Positions 19,167-26,155 of a DNA stretch of 64,000 nucleotides are shown piece after piece. The stretch spans positions 32,001-96,000 of the forward strand of contig CBDDCK010000004.1 of the NCBI GenBank assembly GCA_965225855.1, read 5' to 3'. Numbering within the stretch: the first letter of the stretch is position 1; the number at the start of each line of letters is the position of its first letter. The DNA is from Spirochaetia bacterium. Lineage in GTDB: Bacteria; Spirochaetota; Spirochaetia; SP-2023. Below the pieces are notes generated by a model that was not told the origin of the DNA, ran no database searches, and saw only the letters and a program-made list of their open reading frames with translations. The position numbers and the translations under genes were made by a program.

Positions 19167-20057
19167 ATGAAATTTTTATCACTGTTGTTGAACATCTCTA
19201 TATTTTTATTTTCTTGTGCTAGTAGTAGTACACAAAAGCGTAGTTTGGCAGAACGCTATTATAATATTGCCACAGATTATTATAATGAAGAAAATTACGC
19301 ACAGGCTGTAGCGTATTATAAATTGGCGCAAGCAGAAGATCCTAATTTAAAAGTACTTTTGTTGAATTACGGTTTGGCATTGATTGAAGAAGGGGATTAC
19401 CAATTGGCCGAACAACAGTTAAAGCAAGCTCATGCGATCAATTCGCGCAATACTTTATGCTTATCTGCTTTAGGTTATTTGAAATTTCGTTCAAAACAAT
19501 ACAAAGAAGCTGCGGCTTGGTATCAGCAATCTAGCATGGCCAACCCCTATAATCCGCAAACTTTTTATAATTTAGGTATTGTTCAACAATATATTGGCAA
19601 CTATCAAGCCTCCCAACAGGCTTTTGACAAAGTAGCTGAATTACAGGACCCCAAAAAACAACCGAATGAATTGCGGCGTTTTGCTGCTTTGAACCAGCTT
19701 CATCTTGGCGATGAAGAAAAGGCTATGGAACTTTATGGTGAATATTTTTCAGAGCGTGGTAGCAATGAACAAATATTTCAAGATATTTATGACTTTTACA
19801 GTAAAACCCAGCAATATGACAAATTACAAGAAACCTTCCGTTTGTTTGAAAAATCGCTTAGTGGGAATCCGTTGGCCTCATTTTTGCTGGCCCAGTTGTA
19901 TTACTTTCAATTAGCCGATCGAAAGCAAGGCCGAGAACATTTGAAAAATGCCATCGAGCGGCGATTTCGCGATATAGAGCGCATGCAAAATTTGGTCAAA
20001 AAATTAAAAGGGCAAGAACGTCAATTGGCACAAAAACTTTTAGATTCTAAGGAATAA
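19167..20057 (+). CDS. TPR-repeat lipoprotein
   Basis: Lipobox LFSC; repeated TPR helices (YYNIA, LNYGLAL, FYNLG). Confidence 0.8.
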   Translation: MKFLSLLLNISIFLFSCASSSTQKRSLAERYYNIATDYYNEENYAQAVAYYKLAQAEDPNLKVLLLNYGLALIEEGDYQLAEQQLKQAHAINSRNTLCLSALGYLKFRSKQYKEAAAWYQQSSMANPYNPQTFYNLGIVQQYIGNYQASQQAFDKVAELQDPKKQPNELRRFAALNQLHLGDEEKAMELYGEYFSERGSNEQIFQDIYDFYSKTQQYDKLQETFRLFEKSLSGNPLASFLLAQLYYFQLADRKQGREHLKNAIERRFRDIERMQNLVKKLKGQERQLAQKLLDSKE

Positions 20058-20394
20058 TTTTCTGTTTTTCGTTTGTTGAATGTTAATCTCTGGCTTTTTT
20101 GTGGAAAATTTATTGGGTTGAACAAAAGCTGGGAGCTTATGAGGTATTGTTGTTTTCCAATAAATAAAAAAATTTTTGTTTTGGCCATATTGCTAGGGTT
20201 TTTTCCTATGTCTTATCGGCCCAAAAAGGCCCAAAAAGGATATATGTACAGCCTTTTGCGCTCCTACTTATTGTAACGGCGCACGCAAAATAAAACGACT
20301 ATTGCTAGCCATAGTACTCACCAAAAAGGCAAGCAAGGCTTGGCCAAAGTTTATCTTGTTACAAAAAATTCTTGTTAGTTATTAAGAAACTCTG

Positions 20395-20431
20395 TTGTTG
20401 GGCATTAAGAGACTCTCTTAATGCCCAACAA
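20395..20431. terminator. 18-bp perfect inverted repeat between convergent genes
   Basis: TTGTTGGGCATTAAGAGA-C-TCTCTTAATGCCCAACAA. Confidence 0.7.
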
Positions 20432-20473
20432 TAGGCCAACCAAGCATTGCTTACAGAAACAACCAAACCCTAC

Positions 20474-22678
20474 TTACCAAACTGATGTAACTTGAATAGC
20501 ATTGTTTAGGTCTTCTGCGCTACCAGGTACAAATTCTGCTGCTGCTTCCAGGTTATATGCACCATTATTATCACTTTTACCAGCCTTAAACAGTATAGCA
20601 TTGGCTTTGGCTTTTACATTACCGCTTAAAGTAATCCTTACGCTTGTTGCACCTGCACGAGAACCTGTGGCTGTGTTTTCACCTACAGTTGAGTGCCGGG
20701 GTAATGTGTACTTCTTCTTACCATCACCGGATACAAGCGTCAATTTGCTAAAGTCCCAGTCTGCAACTGTTTCCGGTAACCTGCTACCTACAATCAATAA
20801 CTTGCCTTCTATAAAAGAGTAGTATGCGTCACCGATGCTGGCTGTATACCCACTAACGGTAATCGGGTTGCTTGTGTCTTCTGCGCTACCACCTGCAAAG
20901 CCTGCTGCTGCTTCCAGGTTGTATGCACCATTAGCATCACGAAGACCTTCCTTAACCAGTATCTTCTCGGCTTCCGCTTTTACACTACCGCTTAAAGTAA
21001 TACTTAAGTAGGCTGCACCTGCTGCAGTACCTGTGGCTGTGTTTTCACCTGCAGTTGAGTGCTGGGGTAATGGGTATCTCTTAGTACCATCACCGGATAC
21101 AATCGTCAATTTGCTAAAGTCCCAGTCTGCAACTGCTCTCGGTAACTTGATACCAATAATATATAACACGCCTGTATTAGCATCGTAGGTTGCTTTGTCG
21201 ATGCTGGCTACATACCCACTAACGGTAATAGGGTTGGTTGTGTCTTCTGCGCTACCACCTGCAAATCCTGCTGCTGCTTCCAGGTTGTATGCACCATTAG
21301 CATCACTATCACCATCGTTAACCAGTATCTTATCGGCTTCCGTTTTTACACTACCCTTTAAATTAATCTGTAAGCTTGTTGCACTTGCACGAGAACCTGT
21401 GGCGGAGTTTCTACCTGAAAATGAGTCGTGCTGTGGTAATGTGTATCTCTTACGACCATTACCTGCGACAAACCTCAATTTGGTGAAGTCCCAGCCCCAC
21501 ACTGATGACGGTAAATTAGTACCTGTAATCTCTAAGAAGCCTATAGTAACATCATAGGTTGCACGGGTAATTGCGGGTGGGTTTCCACTAACGGCCAAGG
21601 CTTTGGCTGTATCTAAACCCGCCCAACTACCAGTGCTAGTAAGCAACCCATCTTTTAGACCATTGCTATCCATACCTGTCTTGCCATTCAGAGTAGCTTT
21701 ATCGGTATCGGTAAGGTAAAGCCAAAGCGCTGTGCCATCGCTTTTCATACGGTACTTACCTTTTGCCAGATCGCGACTATCTGGCCCAATGGCTGTGCCA
21801 TCTGCAATATAGGAACTTAAGGCTAGGCCATCTACCACGATGGTTTGGATTTGGGCTTGGGTCGCACTACCTAAGTCAGTACCTTGTACAGTTAGCAGAG
21901 CCGTGCCAACATTGTAGCTTGCACTGGTAATTGCAGCTTTAGGCGACTCTTCTTCAGCTTGTTCGACTTGTTTGTCTTTAGGTTGCTTAGGCGACTGATC
22001 TTCGGCTTCGATCTTAGACTGCTTATCTTCAGTTTGCTTAGGCGACTCTTCTTCAGCTTGTTCGACTTGTTCGGCTTTAGCTTGCTTAGGCGACTCTTCT
22101 TCAGCTTGTTCGTCTTGTTCGTCTTTAGGTTGCTTAGGCGACTGCTCTTCGACTTGTTCAGCTTGTTCGTCTTTAGGTTGCTTAGGCGACTGCTCTTCAG
22201 CTTGTTCAGCTTGTTCGGGTATATACTTAAAGACCAAGTCTTTGGCTGTATTTAAACCCGCCCAAGCACCAGTGCTAACGCTAAGCAACCCTTTTTTTAG
22301 ACTATCGCTATCCATACCCACCTTGGCCTCAAGAGTAGCTTTATGTTGATTGGTAAGTTTCAGCCAAAGCGCTGTGCCATCGCTTTTAATACGGTACTTA
22401 CCTTGTTCAAGACCGTTACTATTTACCCCAGTGGCATCGTCATCTGCAGTATAGGAACTTAAGGCTACGCCATCTACCACGATGGTTTGGATTTGGGCTT
22501 CTGTAGGACTTAAGTTCGTGCCTTGTACAGTTAAGATAGCCGTGCCAACATCGTAGATGGCGTTCTTGATAGTCGGCCCAGAAGACAGCGCATCATCGTC
22601 ATCGGGTGGGGCGCAGGCCAAGGCCATAAAGGCCAGTAGCCAGGCTACAGGCAATAAAAATAGTTTGAGCTTATACAT
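20474..22678 (-). CDS. Modular repeat surface lipoprotein, locus 1 (A-linker-A-B-B-B)
   Basis: ATG 22678 with GGAGGT RBS, signal peptide ending ALAC; two ~120-aa A domains, acidic repeat linker, three ~122-aa B domains; paralog at 58278-60092. Confidence 0.88.
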   Translation of the reverse strand: MYKLKLFLLPVAWLLAFMALACAPPDDDDALSSGPTIKNAIYDVGTAILTVQGTNLSPTEAQIQTIVVDGVALSSYTADDDATGVNSNGLEQGKYRIKSDGTALWLKLTNQHKATLEAKVGMDSDSLKKGLLSVSTGAWAGLNTAKDLVFKYIPEQAEQAEEQSPKQPKDEQAEQVEEQSPKQPKDEQDEQAEEESPKQAKAEQVEQAEEESPKQTEDKQSKIEAEDQSPKQPKDKQVEQAEEESPKAAITSASYNVGTALLTVQGTDLGSATQAQIQTIVVDGLALSSYIADGTAIGPDSRDLAKGKYRMKSDGTALWLYLTDTDKATLNGKTGMDSNGLKDGLLTSTGSWAGLDTAKALAVSGNPPAITRATYDVTIGFLEITGTNLPSSVWGWDFTKLRFVAGNGRKRYTLPQHDSFSGRNSATGSRASATSLQINLKGSVKTEADKILVNDGDSDANGAYNLEAAAGFAGGSAEDTTNPITVSGYVASIDKATYDANTGVLYIIGIKLPRAVADWDFSKLTIVSGDGTKRYPLPQHSTAGENTATGTAAGAAYLSITLSGSVKAEAEKILVKEGLRDANGAYNLEAAAGFAGGSAEDTSNPITVSGYTASIGDAYYSFIEGKLLIVGSRLPETVADWDFSKLTLVSGDGKKKYTLPRHSTVGENTATGSRAGATSVRITLSGNVKAKANAILFKAGKSDNNGAYNLEAAAEFVPGSAEDLNNAIQVTSVW
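21939..22217 (-). repeat. Coding tandem repeat, 48-bp period (EQAEQxEEQSPKQPKD)
   Basis: TTAGGCGACT recurs at 21939, 21987, 22038, 22086, 22134, 22182. Confidence 0.9.
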
Positions 22679-23399
22679 AAGCAATACCTCCAAAAAGGGA
22701 TTGAGATTAGCCAACCCATACGGGCTAGTCTGTAAATCCCCATTTTGCTAGGGGGGGTGTTGCGTCAAGGCCTATATAAGGCTTTTTGTAAGTTTTTTTG
22801 TGCTTTTTTTATGTTTGGGCACTTTTTTTGTGTCTTAGTGTTGTTTTGTGTTGTAAGGTGGTTAAAATCCATGCCAATCAAAAGGCTTAAGGCTATGCGA
22901 TAGCAAGCACAACGCCAACCATGCCAACCATGCCAAGCGTTGGGTGGTATGAATATATCCCAGTTGGGGTCATCGGCCCGCAATATATAGCCAGATATTG
23001 TGCAAGTCGTCTAAAATGCCAGCATTGACGCTGTGGGCTACGGTGAAAGAATGGACATACTGGCCCTATTTGAGGTCGTCCCAGTTTTGGCTTTCTACGA
23101 TGTTGTTGCGTTTTAGGAAGTCTATGGCCTGCTTATTTTTATGGTTTTTAGTGCCTTGCTATGATACATCTTTCCGCCTTCGATCAATACCTTACTCCAA
23201 TGCGGATCAAGGCCTTGATCCAAGGCGGAGTAAGACATTACACCAACGCGGAAAGCTATATTGCAGCAAGACAGGCGATGACTTGTAGATTCTAATCGGC
23301 AAACCAATTGCCCAATTGCCCAATTGGGTTTGTATGGCTATTTCGGTTTGTTGCTTTGGCTTGTTGGTTGGGGCTGGGGCAGTTATTGGGTGGGGTGGG
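22679..23399. repeat. Conserved upstream region of lipoprotein locus 1 (homologous to 60093-60787)
   Basis: Long near-identical blocks, e.g. 22961-23210 vs 60359-60608; similarity resumes at the G-rich tract. Confidence 0.88.
22743..22768 (-). promoter_or_regulatory. Putative sigma70 promoter with C7 tract in the spacer, locus 1
   Basis: Minus strand TTGACG-caacaCCCCCCCtag-CAAAAT (15-nt spacer); identical at locus 2. Confidence 0.45.
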
Positions 23400-23465
23400 C
23401 TCCAGTATTTTGGAGAGGCTTTTATTGGAATATTGCTGAATTTTTAAGCTTCATTGTTTATCTAA

Positions 23466-24647
23466 TTAGTCTATTGGTGTTTTAAAACAGTAGAGGCTAA
23501 GAGCTGATTGTGTTAGAGATTGTACTATTGATTTTAAGGGTGCTGTGGCTGCCAGCTGGCTCCATTTGGGTAAGCAATGATCTTGTTGGTTATTTTGCAG
23601 CTGGTTGGCAAATTCTTTGGCACTGCAAGCATTTTTATTTTGGCGTTGCAGTTGCCATATGGCCAAAATGCCATCGCCAGTGGAAACCAATAGGCAACCG
23701 CTAGGGTGTAGGGCTAACAAGGAACCTGGCGATATGAATTTGCTTTGTTGGTTTTCTGTTTGAGTTATTTCTAGCCTGGATTGCATTGTTTCTTTGGTTG
23801 GTTGCCAAATTTCAGCATCTAAAATATTGATTTGCAAATAAGTTTCTTGGTTTGCCCCTTTACCTGTTTGCCAGCGCAACCAAGTGTGGGCCTTGGGCCA
23901 GGCGACATAGGCTCGGCACTGGAGGCTGATTTGTAAAGCAGAATTGTTCCAATTTAAACGGCCATCATCTTTTTTGAGCATTTGGCAGTAACTAGCTTGT
24001 TGGTGTTGTTGAGGACGGGCTGTATTTAAATAGCTTTGGTATCCTGTTGGGCAGGCTTGATTTTGCTGTAATAAATTTTCACAGCAGCGGCGCAGCAAGC
24101 TTGCCCCCTCTTTAGCCACAAGTTCTGCTGCAAAAAAATAATTTGCCCCCGGTGGCAGCGGATATGCTTCTTGCTCCAGAATGTCTCCCGCATCCATTTC
24201 CAGGGAAATGCGCTGGATGCTAATCGTTAAATTTGTTGCTCCTGCTAGTAACTGGGCTTCAATTGGGCTAGGGCCGCGCCATTGTGGCAGAGCAGAAGGG
24301 TGTAAATTTATTCCTCCCAAAGGGAATAAATCGAGGAACCTTTGGTGAAAGATTTTGCCATAGGCAAAAACGGCTAGCAAATCTGGTTGTAATGCGGCTA
24401 TTTCGTGCCTAACTGAAGCTGTGAGTTTTTCTGGGGTGATGAGCTTTCCCTGCCAGCCTTTAGCTAGCAATTTCAAAGTGTGGGCTTTGATAGGGCTGGG
24501 TTGTAGTATACGCTTGCGCCCTACAGCTTGGTCGGGCTTTGTCAATACGGCAATAAGGCAAATATCCCCTTGCTTTTCCAGTTCAAACAGAGTTTGTAAA
24601 CTAGGACAGGCTAAATCAGGGGTAGCAGCAAATATAATTTTTAGCAC
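23466..24647 (-). CDS. fmt: Methionyl-tRNA formyltransferase
   Basis: IIFAATP, TKPD, AYGKI, INLHPSALPQWRGPSP, MDAGDI; adjacent to def. Confidence 0.92.
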   Translation of the reverse strand: MLKIIFAATPDLACPSLQTLFELEKQGDICLIAVLTKPDQAVGRKRILQPSPIKAHTLKLLAKGWQGKLITPEKLTASVRHEIAALQPDLLAVFAYGKIFHQRFLDLFPLGGINLHPSALPQWRGPSPIEAQLLAGATNLTISIQRISLEMDAGDILEQEAYPLPPGANYFFAAELVAKEGASLLRRCCENLLQQNQACPTGYQSYLNTARPQQHQQASYCQMLKKDDGRLNWNNSALQISLQCRAYVAWPKAHTWLRWQTGKGANQETYLQINILDAEIWQPTKETMQSRLEITQTENQQSKFISPGSLLALHPSGCLLVSTGDGILAIWQLQRQNKNACSAKEFANQLQNNQQDHCLPKWSQLAATAPLKSIVQSLTQSALSLYCFKTPID

Positions 24648-24736
24648 AGATAATTCCTAACAATAGAAAATTTATAGGTTTATTACTGAAAGTTTTTTAT
24701 TTATACAAGGAATGATAACGCAGCAGCTATGAGCAG

Positions 24737-25303
24737 CTATGAATTGTGGACTTTGTCTTGTTGTTTTTTAAAGTGTTTCATGACTTTTTTCTGTTGGCTT
24801 CGATGCAAATAGTCTGTAAATAGAATCCCATCCAGATGGTCATTTTCATGTTGTGCACAAACTGCATCAAGGCCTTCTAAATACAATTTAAATGTTTTTC
24901 CATAAGGATTTTGGGCTTTTAATTCAACAGATGGGTAACGCTCGACATCGGCATAAATCCCCGGAATACTAAGGCAGCCTTCTTCACCCAATTCTTTAAT
25001 TACAGAAGTAGGCTGAATGACTGGATTGATCACAATTAAAGGGGGCTGGCTCTCATCTAATTGTGTTACAAAAATACGCTGTAAAACCCCCATTTGAACT
25101 GCAGCTAGGCCAATGCCTTTTTCTGCAGCCATATGCTCAACCAGAGCTTGGCAAAATTGCTTTAATTCTTTACCAAAAATACCAACTTCAGCTGATTTAT
25201 AGCGTAATTTTTCTTCCTCTTGTTCTGATTTGATGGTGAGCAAGCGCAGCTGTGGAATCAGCGTAAGCCAGTCTTGTGGCTTATGGACTTGAGTGGTGTT
25301 CAT
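24737..25303 (-). CDS. def: Peptide deformylase
   Basis: GIGLAAVQ, EGCLS, QHENDHLDG motifs; ATG 25303 preferred. Confidence 0.95.
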   Translation of the reverse strand: MNTTQVHKPQDWLTLIPQLRLLTIKSEQEEEKLRYKSAEVGIFGKELKQFCQALVEHMAAEKGIGLAAVQMGVLQRIFVTQLDESQPPLIVINPVIQPTSVIKELGEEGCLSIPGIYADVERYPSVELKAQNPYGKTFKLYLEGLDAVCAQHENDHLDGILFTDYLHRSQQKKVMKHFKKQQDKVHNS

Positions 25304-25434
25304 GTTTCCCCTTTTTATTTTTAGTTGCAAAAAATAGGGTGCCAATCATATTCAATTTTTTAACTCAAGTCTACTTACTTAAATTATAAAGCCTTTGCTT
25401 TTTATATTGCTTTATGAGTTTTGTTGGTAATGCC

Positions 25435-25463
25435 TTGACGTTTCTACTAACAATCAATACATT
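25435..25463 (+). promoter_or_regulatory. sigma70-type promoter for tRNA-Ser
   Basis: TTGACG-17 nt-TACATT, 17 bp upstream of the tRNA. Confidence 0.65.
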
Positions 25464-25480
25464 GTGCTACCAGATATAAA

Positions 25481-25565
25481 GGAGAGGTGGTCGAGCGGTC
25501 GAAGGCTCTGGTCTTGAAAACCAGCGTAGGGCAACCTACCGTGGGTTCGAATCCCACCCTCTCCG
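25481..25565 (+). tRNA. tRNA-Ser (anticodon TGA); CCA not encoded
   Basis: GGAGAGG/CCTCTCC acceptor stem, CTGGT-CTTGAAA-ACCAG anticodon arm, long variable arm GTAGG-GCAA-CCTAC, GGTTCGAATCC T-loop, discriminator G. Confidence 0.97.
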
Positions 25566-25739
25566 TTACATTGCGTAAGCTAATTATTTGTAGTTATGTT
25601 TTTTATAAATTGGTACTATTCAGATGGTTGATTTTTGGTTGGTAATTGGCTGTGTTGACTTTAATACCAACGTTTTTGGTTGTGCTTCAGTAAGTAATAT
25701 CCCCCAATTTATTATGAATCCTATTGAGATTATGTGTTA

Positions 25740-26051
25740 ATGGCAGAAATCAAAGATAATGAACAAGATGCAGGGGTTGCCATAGATACTGTAATTCATC
25801 ATCCAAAATCTTACCAAGTTTTCATGTACAATGATGATTACACTTCTCAGGATTTTGTTGTCAAAGTTTTAATTGAGATTTTTCGCAAAAGCCAGCCAGA
25901 AGCAATCGTATTAATGCTAAAAATTCACAATGAAGGCCATGCCTTAGTAGGAATTTATTCTTATGATATTGCTGTTAGTAAAGTAAAGAAAACCACAATT
26001 TTAGCACGTAAAGAAGGTTTTCCGTTGCGTTGTTCTATTGAAGAAGTATAG
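25740..26051 (+). CDS. clpS: Clp protease adaptor ClpS
   Basis: YQVFMYNDDYTSQDFVV...IHNEG...GFPLRC; upstream of clpA. Confidence 0.95.
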   Translation: MAEIKDNEQDAGVAIDTVIHHPKSYQVFMYNDDYTSQDFVVKVLIEIFRKSQPEAIVLMLKIHNEGHALVGIYSYDIAVSKVKKTTILARKEGFPLRCSIEEV

Positions 26052-26155
26052 GCTGCAATTGACGCTTTTTGGTTATTGATGTTTTATGTATCTGAGGTAT
26101 TTAAAGAATTGACAAAATTTAAGCTCAATTGTCAGTTTATAAGGAGTATTCTATT

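Noticed and set aside
21939..22217. Regularly spaced repeats resembling a CRISPR array
   Set aside because: The period is a multiple of 3, the 'spacers' are similar to each other, the array is in frame within a lipoprotein, and no cas genes are present.
23182..23250. 23-bp repeats as a mini-CRISPR
   Set aside because: The units are directly adjacent with no spacers.
22998..23288. 96-aa ORF and its 93-aa twin at 60396-60677 as real genes
   Set aside because: Non-ATG starts without an RBS, mostly non-synonymous differences and unrelated C-termini; the similarity is explained by the DNA duplication.
20280..23460. Lipoprotein loci as IS/transposon elements
   Set aside because: No transposase, terminal inverted repeats or target-site duplications could be identified.
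25481..25740. tRNA-Ser as an island integration site
   Set aside because: No integrase, no duplicated tRNA 3' end noticed in the window, and housekeeping genes on both sides.
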